Positions 18,281-28,642 of a stretch of 64,000 nt of DNA are shown here, piece by piece. The notes below the pieces were generated by a model, which worked only from the letters and a program-made list of their open reading frames with translations, had not been told where the DNA came from and ran no database searches. Origin of the DNA: a virus; IMG/VR virus record IMGVR_UViG_3300009026_000007, positions 24,520 to 88,519 of that record; one strand, 5' to 3'. The stretch's first letter is position 1; the number at the start of each line of letters is the position of its first letter. The translations under genes were made by a program, and so were the position numbers.

Positions 18281-18489
18281 GGTATAAGTATGAATACGCC
18301 TGTCTTCAAAGCCATCTAGGGGATAATGGCACTTGGTTCGATGCTTGGAGTTTTATTGAAACGTCTGATCCATTAAAGGCTGTTTTATTGGCACAAGAAA
18401 AGACTTACAATAAAACACTACTTGGTAAAGTCAAGAAAATTGAACTTTATTCAACACCAATTCTGGAGAACAATCATGACACACAATAG
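18277..18489 (+). CDS. hypothetical protein
   Basis: Operon packing. Confidence 0.55.
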   Translation: MRYKYEYACLQSHLGDNGTWFDAWSFIETSDPLKAVLLAQEKTYNKTLLGKVKKIELYSTPILENNHDTQ

Positions 18490-18702
18490 AGAAGACGTTA
18501 CAGATTATGGGATCTTGTTTATCATTGGCTTTATTGCTTTGTGTGTGCTGTTGTAAGCATAAACAATATCTATAAGGAAATACAAGATGATAGCTTTAGT
18601 GTGCTTTACAGTCTTTATGACAAGGGATGCTAAAAGTCCTAAATTGCTAGACGTTTATGGTGTTACCAGTTACGAGAAGCTGAAATAAATCAAAATAAAC
18701 AG

Positions 18703-18730
18703 TTGACACACAAAGCCATTAATGTAGAAT
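18703..18730 (+). promoter_or_regulatory. sigma70-like promoter
   Basis: TTGACA-16-TAGAAT. Confidence 0.65.
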
Positions 18731-18775
18731 AGACACATAGGAAGCAGAAAGCTTCTACAGAGGGAGATTAAAACC

Positions 18776-18982
18776 ATGATTTACTTCTACCACATTCGAC
18801 TTGGTAATGCAACCTTAAACAAAATGGATTCCCAAGGTAATGATCTTGATAAAAAGCCTAAACTGATTGGTAAATTCAAGAGTGAAGAGGAAGCCAAAAA
18901 AGCTTGTCTTGAGCACTTCAATAAATCTGTCACATTAGCTCAGCGTGTTGGTCGCGAAATTCCTACAATGGTGTTTAATTGA
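18776..18982 (+). CDS. hypothetical protein
   Basis: GGGAG SD. Confidence 0.65.
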   Translation: MIYFYHIRLGNATLNKMDSQGNDLDKKPKLIGKFKSEEEAKKACLEHFNKSVTLAQRVGREIPTMVFN

Positions 18983-19003
18983 ATTTTTAAAGGTGGGTGT
19001 CTA

Positions 19004-19267
19004 ATGAGTGTTTGGAGTAGCCTAGAGGGGACATTAGTTATTCACCCTCGTGAAAGCTTTTCAATAAAGAAATATACACATGCTATGTTTGATGAGCATA
19101 GCCTGTCAATTGTAGACAGAGTGGTATCAAAAGATAATGAGATTTTCTATAAGATCGAGCTTTCAGTTTGCCTAGATGGTGATGAGGCTTATAGGATGCT
19201 TTCTTATTGGCTTTCCGGTATCCCCGGACGTGCCGATGTTGAAATTATTGTTAGGAAGTTAAAATGA
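19004..19267 (+). CDS. hypothetical protein
   Basis: ORF packing. Confidence 0.6.
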   Translation: MSVWSSLEGTLVIHPRESFSIKKYTHAMFDEHSLSIVDRVVSKDNEIFYKIELSVCLDGDEAYRMLSYWLSGIPGRADVEIIVRKLK

Positions 19268-19470
19268 AAATTGACAATTTAATCTTGATGGATTATAAAA
19301 TTCTTAAGTGTCCTTGTTGTGATGGTGTTGCTAAACTGATAGAAAATAAATGTGATTATCATGTCGGTCCAACGTATTACTATGTAGAGTGCTCAGAATG
19401 TTGGTTGGCTACTCACACAAATCAAGACTCATCTGAATCTATAGAAAATTGGAACAGGCGGGTAAAATAG
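19264..19470 (+). CDS. Lar/Ral-like restriction-alleviation zinc-finger protein
   Basis: LKCPCCDG...VECSEC...IENWNRR. Confidence 0.65.
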   Translation: MKIDNLILMDYKILKCPCCDGVAKLIENKCDYHVGPTYYYVECSECWLATHTNQDSSESIENWNRRVK

Positions 19471-19483
19471 TTTAAGTAAATTC

Positions 19484-19512
19484 TTGACAAAACTTTCTGA
19501 TAAATTTATACT
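19484..19512 (+). promoter_or_regulatory. sigma70-like promoter
   Basis: TTGACA-17-TATACT. Confidence 0.7.
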
Positions 19513-19644
19513 GAAAGATTGTCTTTTATCTCAGGCACACTGCTTAACATTTACTTTCATTAATTTGAATCTAGCTGTTGTCAGTGTGCTTTTATTTGTG
19601 TAAAATAAACTCATTGAAACGAACAACACACAGGAAGAAAGAAC

Positions 19645-19833
19645 ATGACTACTAACATATTGAACGATCAATTCAAAATTATCCGCCGAGAAGGTAAGAT
19701 CCTAGAACGCTTTGACTGGGAGAATGACAAAGGATCTAACAGTGGATTCTATGTTGAATGGCAAGGTTATGAGTATAGAGCCACTATGAGGAATGGTGAA
19801 GTGGTTAGTCTCAGGAAGCTTTGGGAAGTATAA
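19645..19833 (+). CDS. hypothetical protein
   Basis: AGGA SD. Confidence 0.6.
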   Translation: MTTNILNDQFKIIRREGKILERFDWENDKGSNSGFYVEWQGYEYRATMRNGEVVSLRKLWEV

Positions 19834-20312
19834 TCTAAGCAGGCTGCATAATGCCCATCAAATGATGGGCATAAGTGTATCAACAAGATTAATAGATTGG
19901 GAAATAAATCATCTTCTGGTTAATAGTATAATTTCCTATGGAAGCCTTATAGAATCTAGTCAAAATGACTACAGGGAGTAAACTGATTAGTGTACTTTTA
20001 GGTGATGTGAGAGTGGGTGAAGATATGTGTTATGGCTAAGCTCACACACTTTTCCCTCCAATCTTCACCCACAAACTGCCCCAACACAATCATTTAGTGC
20101 ACTAAACATTAGCTTCTTTACACTCTAGCTACAAATAATCCTGTACAACACACTGAAAGTGTGAACTCTGAACACGATAGGTTTTCTCTACTTGTAGCCA
20201 AAGGTCTGATAGAAATCTTTGTTAGGGAATGTTGGAAATAAATGGAGACAGGCGTACTGAAAGTGTTATACTAACCACACAGAACGAAACACTACTTACA
20301 GGAAGAATGATC

Positions 20313-20531
20313 ATGGCTAACATGAAGACAGTAAACCAGTACATCAAGACTAACTTCCCACAATGGGATATCAAAGCTTATCGTGGTGACTGCTACGTCT
20401 ACTTTGAGTTTGGTGCTCATGAGATTGATATCCTATATGTACACCCTGTCAGCACAGACACCAACACACTGACTGACCTTGTGTTGGAACAGATTCAAGA
20501 CTACTTAATCTCTAATGATATGGTTGTCTAA
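20313..20531 (+). CDS. hypothetical protein
   Basis: AGGA SD, ATG 20313. Confidence 0.6.
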   Translation: MANMKTVNQYIKTNFPQWDIKAYRGDCYVYFEFGAHEIDILYVHPVSTDTNTLTDLVLEQIQDYLISNDMVV

Positions 20532-20600
20532 GATAGGCTAGTATCAGACCATCTGAGCAACGTTAGCTGTCTACCCATACACGCTGTTAGCTTGACCAAT

Positions 20601-20625
20601 AGAGCCCCTTAAGTGGGGCTTTTCT
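20601..20625 (+). terminator. Rho-independent terminator ending the rightward block
   Basis: AGCCCC-TTAAGT-GGGGCT-TTTCT. Confidence 0.7.
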
Positions 20626-20695
20626 GTGCCTGTTGTTTATCTAATCTTATTACCATTGACATATACTCCATCTTATGAGTTAGCCTATAAACTAC

Positions 20696-20723
20696 ATTAC
20701 GCATAATAGCCATTATGTTAAAT
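20696..20723 (+). other. dif: dif-like XerC/XerD recombination site
   Basis: ATTACGCATAA-TAGCCA-TTATGTTAAAT. The XerD arm is 11/11 and the XerC arm 8/11 identical to E. coli dif, with a 6-bp spacer. Confidence 0.85.
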
Positions 20724-21100
20724 GGCTGATCTAGATAGTGTTTAGATGGTGTTGTCAAGTGCATTATTTGATGAGGGTGTGGGCTAGACCATTGGTCAGA
20801 GTATTGTCAGATATTTTGATATTATAGTTGACATATTAGGGTGGGTATCTTAGAGTGTTAAACCCCTCAGATACCGAGACAGTATTATTTGAAACTAGCT
20901 TTTAGCCTACACCCCTCACAAATAAAGGCTTTCACATATTTCCAGACATAAAAATAGACACCTACTAATACAAGCTAAGTGTCTTTCTAGAGGGTTGGGG
21001 AATTATTATACCCAGAACTCACTCTTATATTATATATGTCTATTTGCTCTGTCACAGAATACGTGGCTTACAGACACTTTAGGGGATTTTCAAAATCCCT

Positions 21101-21742
21101 TTAGCTCATTTCTATATCCTCCCCATATTCGTAACTGAGACCAATAGCCACAGCCCATGCACTGTATCTACCTTTCCAGTAAAGCTTTGGGTGTACTTTA
21201 ATCAAAGACTTCCATGCGCCGCCTAAGTCAAACCTGTCATGGAGCAATTTGACAAGTCCTTTTTCTTCAAGGGATTTAAATACTCTACCTGCATGTTTCT
21301 TACTCTTAAGCTTTAGTGCATCTTTGAAGGATTCTTGGTCCACCACAGAGTAGTTCCAAACAATAACATTCTCACACAGATATTTGAACAGCTTAGTTTC
21401 AGTTAGAGTGCAGTCTTCATTCCACAAGAAGTCCAGAAGGAATCCATCATCACCTTTACGATGTCTAGTCTTATCCGAACACAGCTTGTGTAACTCAGGT
21501 AAATCTTTAGCTGTATCCGGATGATTCTTTGGGATTGAATACCCTTGCGTATAAAAGTCTCTAAACGTTGTATTATTGTTCCACTCATAATCCCATATTT
21601 CTATGTATTCATCTAGGGTAACTTTCTTATATATTTCACCTGTGTGTTTATCAGTTACGAATAGAAAATCCCCATCTCTGATATAGAGTATGGGGTAATT
21701 TGGTATATCGTCTGTTATAAATTCTATCTTGTATCTGGTCAC
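21101..21742 (-). CDS. RepL-like winged-helix DNA-binding/replication protein
   Basis: C-terminal HTH (KKHAGRVFKSLEEKGLV) followed by KVHPKLYWKG, resembling the RepL NP..F/WkG motif. Confidence 0.55.
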   Translation of the reverse strand: MTRYKIEFITDDIPNYPILYIRDGDFLFVTDKHTGEIYKKVTLDEYIEIWDYEWNNNTTFRDFYTQGYSIPKNHPDTAKDLPELHKLCSDKTRHRKGDDGFLLDFLWNEDCTLTETKLFKYLCENVIVWNYSVVDQESFKDALKLKSKKHAGRVFKSLEEKGLVKLLHDRFDLGGAWKSLIKVHPKLYWKGRYSAWAVAIGLSYEYGEDIEMS

Positions 21743-22176
21743 TCATAGTCCTCTTCACTGTACATCATTGATATTTTAATCTCCCAGTCAAGTATAGTTT
21801 CTTTAGAAGGGTAGCGGTTGTACATATCCATGAAATCATCAATCCACTGTTGCATTAATTCTTGTGGTCCGCTCATTCAGACCACTCCACAGTAGTGAAT
21901 AAGAACCCATCTTCAATGTAAAGAGACTGTTCATCTTCATATGCAATAGCATCTTCAACTTTATCAAAGCTTGCCAAAACATCCCAACGTTCATCATCGT
22001 AATCTTTTCGATAGCAGTGTGTCACCACATATCTAATGTCCATCATTCTTCTCTCCTAGAAAACCTAACATTATATTTCATACCAAAAGATTCTACTTGT
22101 AGAACAGTATTCCCAACCATGAACATAGTGTAGGCAATAGGCATCTTGAGGATGTTCTTTCTCAATGTCAATTCAC

Positions 22177-22767
22177 TTAACTTGTCTCATGCTCATATCT
22201 ACCCCCCCATAAAGCCTTTCTTTCTAAATATTTAGAAAAGTCTTTCTCAACAAAAACCTTATACCAATTACCGGAACAATAACCTTCAGTAAACGCATCA
22301 TTATTTTTTAACCAAAACTCAACCCCTTCAAGATCATTAAAATATAGAATGTTTTCATAGTTATCACCACTACCACTAAGTAGAAGTATAGTTTTATTCA
22401 TATTTATACTCCTCTTCTTCATTTTCTATGCCTAAGGCATCAAGTAGTTCTGGCACATCACTTAGGAAATTAAAATCCCAGTAATTACCCTCTGCCCAAC
22501 ATTTACCGTTGATCCAAATTTCTAACATTTCACAAGATTCATCATTTTTGAACACCACTTTATTCTTTTTAGCACTCATCACTTAACTCCTATGTTTTCA
22601 ATCATATTCCACACTTTTTCGTAAATAGGCCAATCAGACTCTACTACAACACATTCTCTTTGTTCAATACTTCTACTTTCTATGTAGCTATCAATATAAT
22701 CATACTCGTCATCAGATAGATCAGATAATTTTAATACGATGTAACGTTCTTCTCTCTTAAAATTCAT
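22177..22767 (-). CDS. three small hypothetical proteins (22177-22401, 22394-22582, 22579-22767)
   Basis: Overlapping minus-strand ORFs with SDs. Confidence 0.55.
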
Positions 22768-22810
22768 AGTCTTTCCTCAACAATAAGCCGAACACTTGTT
22801 ATTTTATAGG

Positions 22811-23536
22811 TCACATACTTTTTGTAACGTCAAATAACCTAAACTTTTCAATTACTCGGTACTCCATATTTTCATGGTACCTTTCAATTAGGACTTTGAC
22901 ACATTCAATTTTCCAATCTCGGTAGATGGTAAAAGCTTCTTCTGGCGTTTCACAAGCTTTCGCTCTAACCTTATCCGTCAATTTGTAATTAATCCTAGGA
23001 ATATATTTATTACAATGTTCGTATATTCCTAGAAAATTCATTCCACGTTGCTTTGTATTTACATTTAGAAAAGTGTTGATATCTTTGTGGACAAAGCAAC
23101 AAGTACTGGGCGAATAAGATTTAATATCTAATGAAAGAATGTCTTTGTCTAGGTGGTAATCTTTTTCTTTGAACCCTTTCTGCCACTGACACCATTCAGC
23201 AAATTCCTGAAAATTGTGCCATTGTTCATCTACTGAACATCCAATGTAGGTTGGGAATTTTCCCTGGTATGCTGCTGAATAACACCTTTCCAGCATACCA
23301 GTCCACAGCCTATATTCTTTAGTATGTTTTTGATTATCGGATACTTTGTGTGGGCCTGCGCCTACAAAACCAACACCATACACAGATGGATTGAACAAAT
23401 CCTTAACTGAACCTGTTTTTATATTACCGTTTGAGGCAATACATTCATAACCTGTCTCAATAAAACGAATATAAGACCTTTTACCCTTTTCTTTCGAAAT
23501 TATTACAAATTCCTGACCTGCATTATTATAAGGCAT
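22811..23536 (-). CDS. HNH-type homing endonuclease (His-Me finger)
   Basis: WxxMLERCY...YIGCSV..QWHNFQEFAEW...HLDKDIL...YSPSTCCFV. Confidence 0.8.
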   Translation of the reverse strand: MPYNNAGQEFVIISKEKGKRSYIRFIETGYECIASNGNIKTGSVKDLFNPSVYGVGFVGAGPHKVSDNQKHTKEYRLWTGMLERCYSAAYQGKFPTYIGCSVDEQWHNFQEFAEWCQWQKGFKEKDYHLDKDILSLDIKSYSPSTCCFVHKDINTFLNVNTKQRGMNFLGIYEHCNKYIPRINYKLTDKVRAKACETPEEAFTIYRDWKIECVKVLIERYHENMEYRVIEKFRLFDVTKSM

Positions 23537-23774
23537 ATGGTGTACACCTCCGACATCCACACGATAAACCCATAGGCTTCATACGGTCTTCTGGAGATAG
23601 ATTCTCCATGCTCTCCCACAGACACTTAGTTTCACGAGTAATATCATACTTAGGTTGTTCTTGACTCAACCACCCAAATCTTTTATACCGTGCAATACTT
23701 TCTTCCGTCTCTTTGCGAAGTTGTTTTAGTTCATCTTCTACGTTCTGCATACGATCTTCTAGTGTAATGTTCAT
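23526..23774 (-). CDS. hypothetical protein
   Basis: C-terminal SCGCRRC. Confidence 0.6.
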   Translation of the reverse strand: MNITLEDRMQNVEDELKQLRKETEESIARYKRFGWLSQEQPKYDITRETKCLWESMENLSPEDRMKPMGLSCGCRRCTPYAL

Positions 23775-24262
23775 TTCAATTCCTTCGGTAATCCATCATA
23801 AACCTCTTTAAAGTGTCCGCGTATCACCATCCTACGTAGAGCACTATACATATAATCACATTCACCCTGTTTGTCACCTGTAAAGGGCTTACCACTTATC
23901 CAATCTGTGTTTGTAGGCCATCCTACCATTTTCTTAACACGTTTGCCATCAGTTTCAAGTAACCCCCAACCATTAGGCAATTCATATGGTGTAATTAGTC
24001 CGCTGGGTGTAAGAAAAAACCTCCAATCGCCTAGTCCTATACTTGGATCAAGCCTAAACTTCTTTCTACGATCTACAAGGAAATCACTTCTAGATGTTTT
24101 ACACTCGATCAGACACGACACCCTGTTACGAAAACCTAAACAGTCTGGTTGTTCTCCAGACGTAGTAGATGCTTTGAATTTATCATGGAAGACAACACCA
24201 AATCCATTTTTAAATAAGAATTTTTCTGCAATTAGGCAAAGCTCTGAGTGTGTGATAGTCAT
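23771..24262 (-). CDS. PD-(D/E)xK (MmcB-like) nuclease family protein
   Basis: EQPDCLGF...LIECKTSRSDF..D...ELPxGWGLL. Confidence 0.65.
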   Translation of the reverse strand: MTITHSELCLIAEKFLFKNGFGVVFHDKFKASTTSGEQPDCLGFRNRVSCLIECKTSRSDFLVDRRKKFRLDPSIGLGDWRFFLTPSGLITPYELPNGWGLLETDGKRVKKMVGWPTNTDWISGKPFTGDKQGECDYMYSALRRMVIRGHFKEVYDGLPKELK

Positions 24263-24413
24263 TCTTCATCCTTTAAGTCTTCCACGTAAGCTTTCAGAAC
24301 CCTTTGCTGCTGTTCTGGTGTCAAGTATTTAGGTAAAAGTTCTACACGTAACTCTTCTCGTAGTTTCTTAAGTTCTTTGTCAACATTAGACATGCGATCT
24401 TCAATTGATTGTT

Positions 24414-25809
24414 TCATTTTTCACTAAGCTCCTTTAAAGCATGTTGGTATCTACCAAACATAATATCAAAAGTATCTTCAACAATCAAGTTGTTCGGTTT
24501 AGGTTCTCCACGAAGGCACATTTTCCCACTCCCATGCTCATTCTCCTCATAGCATTTATGTTTAGGTCTTTTACCACATGTGCATAAGTAGGCATGTCCA
24601 TTATCCATTGATTATCTTCTCCATCCAACAAAAGAGTTGATAAATCAGGTAGCAAGTTAAGCCTAAAGGCCAAATTAAGGAACCAAAAGTTATGAAAAAT
24701 AAATCCTCTTTATTAACATAACCCCAATCCTTCTTACCTTTCTTTACGAGAAACAGAAAAGAGCCTAGACAAGACACCAGATATAAGATAATTGCTAATG
24801 TAATCATTTATTCCTCCAATAATTCTCACACTCAGATTGATAACAACCTTTTGATTTAAAGAATAGCCAATTGTGCTTCATCCCACTACCACATAGCGGA
24901 CATGGATCACCATTGCAGCCTACACGCATTAGTGGTGGCTTAGGCGGTGCAGATGGAGCTTTAGGTCTAATAATACCCTCTGGCATGGGTGTAACTGCTT
25001 TAGCTGTCATTTTATAACACTCCTTTTGTCAATACAAATTTCTTGCTCACCTCGTGCATGGTATAAAACACCACCTTTCTTTTCACAATCCGTATGTTCC
25101 TTCTCTACTTGTCTAATATTCCAAGGCAACCAAATACAAAATAAGATTATAGCGCAAATAATAGCAAATGTTTTCATAAATCCGTCCTATTTAAATTTCT
25201 TTCCACGATTATAACTAGCCTTCTTCCACTTGTACAGTAATCTTTCCTCTTCTTTCTGATAATCGTCAGCATATTTTAAATATTGACTTGCTAGAAGGGT
25301 CGTATCTGGAGATTCTGGGTTAAGGGAGGCTGCTAGCTTTCTGTAGTAGGCTGGAACACTTGGTTGTGGTAGGTCTCTTTTACCGCTCAATGTCCAAAAC
25401 CTCCAACACCCAACATGGATTAATTAATCCTCGTGTTTCTTTCATAACAAGGCTCATAGCTTCTTCTTTGGATGTGTATGTTTGAGACTGTAGGTACTTA
25501 CCAATCCAATCTTTCCAGTTCTGTGCATACTCTTTATCATGCAAAGCGGTAGTAGGCTTTTCAAGATCCATATCAACTCACCTTGTAAATCAAGTAACCC
25601 TTCTCGATAGCCTCAGCAAGCTTTACAAGCTGCATATTTCGCTGTGGAAGGTATGTGTAATACTCACCATCTTTCTTAACGATACTAAATACAGCATTCT
25701 CAACATCTGCAAAGCGAATAGATGAGATTGATTTCAATACAACTCCATCTTGTGCTGTGTAGAACGATGTTACTCCGTTAATTGTACGTACTTTGATGTG
25801 ATTACTCAT
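24414..25809 (-). CDS. cluster of small hypothetical proteins (24414-24608, 24601-24807, 24804-25010, 25187-25390, 25380-25571, 25573-25809)
   Basis: Tightly packed minus-strand ORFs; one is a membrane protein and one a Zn ribbon. Confidence 0.55.
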
Positions 25810-26399
25810 TTGTATAACTCCATTAGTCGATCACGCTCTCTTTGTTTAGTTAATTGTGCAAATTTGTTTTGCTGATTAAGTTGACGATCTTTACGGTACT
25901 CAATAAGTTCAACATATCTCTCACAGCGTTTTTTATAGTAAGGTAAGATGTTATTTTCTAGGTATTCAACTTCAGCATCAGTCATCCAAGATGGAGTTGA
26001 CTTCAAAATATATCCCAAGCATACATAAAGCCCATGGTCCCCAAACTTAGGTTTGAATAGAAGCGATGAATAATCCTTTACAGCGGTATGTTGTATATGA
26101 ACACCAAACTCAAAAGTCTCTCCTGAAACAACATCATAAAACTCTGATTGTACCAGACTTTGGTTTGGTCTGTTAACATTAACATAAATACTTTCAAAAT
26201 TATGTTCTTCTGAAAATATAAACCTCTTTGGATCTTCTTTCCAAGCTTTCAAGATTGCGTATACTGGTTCAGAGATATTAGGAAGTTTCACAACTAAATG
26301 CTCTGGGTGGTACTCTTCTGATGATCTATCACCAAACAAACTCTCTTTAATCCATTTAAACATAATAAATCCCCTTCTCTCGTCGTTCAGTGTCAGCAT
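25806..26399 (-). CDS. hypothetical protein
   Basis: 197-aa ORF; the start may be the internal MFKW. Confidence 0.7.
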   Translation of the reverse strand: MLTLNDERRGFIMFKWIKESLFGDRSSEEYHPEHLVVKLPNISEPVYAILKAWKEDPKRFIFSEEHNFESIYVNVNRPNQSLVQSEFYDVVSGETFEFGVHIQHTAVKDYSSLLFKPKFGDHGLYVCLGYILKSTPSWMTDAEVEYLENNILPYYKKRCERYVELIEYRKDRQLNQQNKFAQLTKQRERDRLMELYK

Positions 26400-26577
26400 C
26401 TATAACACCCTTCCAATAAGCATTGGTGAACATCATCCAGCTTGTTTGGGTATTCAAGTCTTGGAAATATTTATCCAGTGTAGGGTGTAGCTTCACATTC
26501 ATCAATGTGGTATCCATTCCCCAAGACTGCGCAAGAGATACGAATGTCTGGAATTGATCTTCGTGTGATTTAACCAT
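26356..26577 (-). CDS. hypothetical protein
   Basis: Operon packing. Confidence 0.55.
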   Translation of the reverse strand: MVKSHEDQFQTFVSLAQSWGMDTTLMNVKLHPTLDKYFQDLNTQTSWMMFTNAYWKGVIDADTERREKGIYYV

Positions 26578-26871
26578 TATGGCTTGTCCTGCATCTTGTA
26601 CACTGAAAGAATTGTAAGAGGAACACTGACAGGAAAGAACAAAGCTGCAATAAAGCTACCTTTTAGACTAAATTTATGCTTGGCTGCATAGCAACACAAA
26701 GCATCATTGTGAATTGTTAACAGAACACCTACAACATAGATTATAAATAACATATTCCTCTCCTAAAACAATCGGTAAAATTCATATAACAAACATAGCT
26801 TATCATATGAACCTATGCAATGCAACCCCTTTACTAATAAAACGTCTCCAGCATGCTAAAACACCGCATAA

Positions 26872-27216
26872 CTATTCACTTTTCTGCGAGAATTCAAGTA
26901 CAAGCCCCACCATAGCTACAGCAGTCCATGTACAATTAGCATTTACAAGCTGATTTAGGTTACTAAAACCCGTTGACTCAATAAATGCCTCCATGTCTAC
27001 TCCAGTCTTCTTGCAAGCTCGACGGATGTACTTTGTAGCTGATGCTGGAATGTACCAATGTGGCATAGTTAGCTTGTACTTTGAGGCAATTTCACGCCAA
27101 TATGGTTCATCTGCATAATCTGTTTTGAGGTTAGCTTTAGCATATTCTTGAGCTTCCAGTCGTTTCTGTTTAGCTTGCTCTCGTTGTTCTTCAGTCATCG
27201 GAACTAGATGTGTCAT
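26872..27216 (-). CDS. hypothetical protein
   Basis: AAGGAG SD. Confidence 0.7.
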   Translation of the reverse strand: MTHLVPMTEEQREQAKQKRLEAQEYAKANLKTDYADEPYWREIASKYKLTMPHWYIPASATKYIRRACKKTGVDMEAFIESTGFSNLNQLVNANCTWTAVAMVGLVLEFSQKSE

Positions 27217-27284
27217 TTTGTCTCCTTACGCATTCTTTTGCAGACCTTAGACGATTTTAGCCGAAGATCTGCACTATATTTCAC

Positions 27285-27572
27285 TTATATGGTGATACCG
27301 CTGTTCATAGAACATTTCTTAACCAAATAACTATGAATATCTTTAATGGTTTCTTCTGTAAAGCTATACCCTTCCTTAGATTTCTCAATCACAAGCTCTC
27401 GTGTAACATCCCAAGCTTTAGATTGACATTCCTTGAACACAGCATCATGCCAATTGTTATACATTGTACCACTTCCCACAATAACGTTCTGCTTTGGTGG
27501 GCTAATTGTACAGCCTGTTATCACAACAGTCAATGATATTGTCAGGATAAGCTTTACAGAAGAAATATTCAT
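27285..27572 (-). CDS. putative lipoprotein
   Basis: Hydrophobic signal ending in an ITGC lipobox. Confidence 0.55.
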   Translation of the reverse strand: MNISSVKLILTISLTVVITGCTISPPKQNVIVGSGTMYNNWHDAVFKECQSKAWDVTRELVIEKSKEGYSFTEETIKDIHSYLVKKCSMNSGITI

Positions 27573-27608
27573 TTTGGTTTGTCCTTGAGGGGCTTCCTCA
27601 GTGAGACT

Positions 27609-28031
27609 TTATGGAAACATATATTCAAATTCCTGAATTATAATTTTCTTACGTTTTACAAATTGATCAAAGATAGTGTCTTCTAGTTTTGGTGTACCCC
27701 AATCAAATTCATCTGGAACATTCAAAACAGAAATGATTTTATCTAAATCTGAAATCAAGACTTTCTCCTCTCCGTCTAATTCAATAAGATTATCAGCATT
27801 CACAAACACAATCTCATCTGCCCATGTGATAAGGGCTTCACTGATAGGGATGAGTGCAAAATCCTTACAGCTACCACACGCACGAGTGTTTAGACCAAGG
27901 CGTTTATGGATTACATTGGCAGCAGTAGGTGAACGAAGAAGTCCCGCACTACAAACACACAGAATCTTCTTGGTGGTCCCTTGGAACTGGTTTCCAACGT
28001 TTACTAGCTGGTTTCTGTTAGCCTTGATCAT
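27609..28031 (-). CDS. low-molecular-weight protein-tyrosine-phosphatase-like protein
   Basis: CVCSAGLLRSPTA (CX5RS) P-loop, WADEI. Confidence 0.85.
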   Translation of the reverse strand: MIKANRNQLVNVGNQFQGTTKKILCVCSAGLLRSPTAANVIHKRLGLNTRACGSCKDFALIPISEALITWADEIVFVNADNLIELDGEEKVLISDLDKIISVLNVPDEFDWGTPKLEDTIFDQFVKRKKIIIQEFEYMFP

Positions 28032-28212
28032 TTTCTTTCTCCTTTATTGATTCAATGTACTCTAATACATCTTGAGTCTGTTGTACGGCATAGGAAATAA
28101 GTTCATTTGGCTCAACACCACAAGCTTTAGATATGCGCTTGCAACGACGATCACATTTATCAAGATCACGTTTAAGGAATTCAAGTTCTTTTACCAACTT
28201 ATCTTTAGTCAT
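28018..28212 (-). CDS. hypothetical protein
   Basis: Operon packing. Confidence 0.55.
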   Translation of the reverse strand: MTKDKLVKELEFLKRDLDKCDRRCKRISKACGVEPNELISYAVQQTQDVLEYIESIKEKENDQG

Positions 28213-28444
28213 TAATCACCTTTATTTTCTTACGTTCATATTTTTTAGCTTTCCATTCTTTACAAACGTAATCACTAGAACATCTTAACTCTTTAGCTTC
28301 ACAGAGGCCATCTTCAGGCCACTTAAACCAGAATTTACAACCGCCACAAGATTTATTCACTGAAGATCCTCCTAATTAATTTATAAATCCATAATAACAA
28401 AAAGAGCAACCAATCACAAGGACTGGCTGCTCTATAAATATCTA

Positions 28445-28633
28445 TCAACTCTTATCTTGAAATAGGGTCTCGCTATTTTCCTCATAGTACTCTCTGATCA
28501 TCTGATTAATATCTCTGTCAGACCAGTTCGTTCCTACAATAATCTTGACTGCATTTGTAGGGCTTCCAGATTGCCAATCAAACATGTCAACCCAGCACCA
28601 ATTGCCATTTGGGAATAAGAATACTCTGTCCAT
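28445..28633 (-). CDS. hypothetical protein
   Basis: GAGGAG SD. Confidence 0.6.
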   Translation of the reverse strand: MDRVFLFPNGNWCWVDMFDWQSGSPTNAVKIIVGTNWSDRDINQMIREYYEENSETLFQDKS

Positions 28634-28642
28634 AAATACTCC

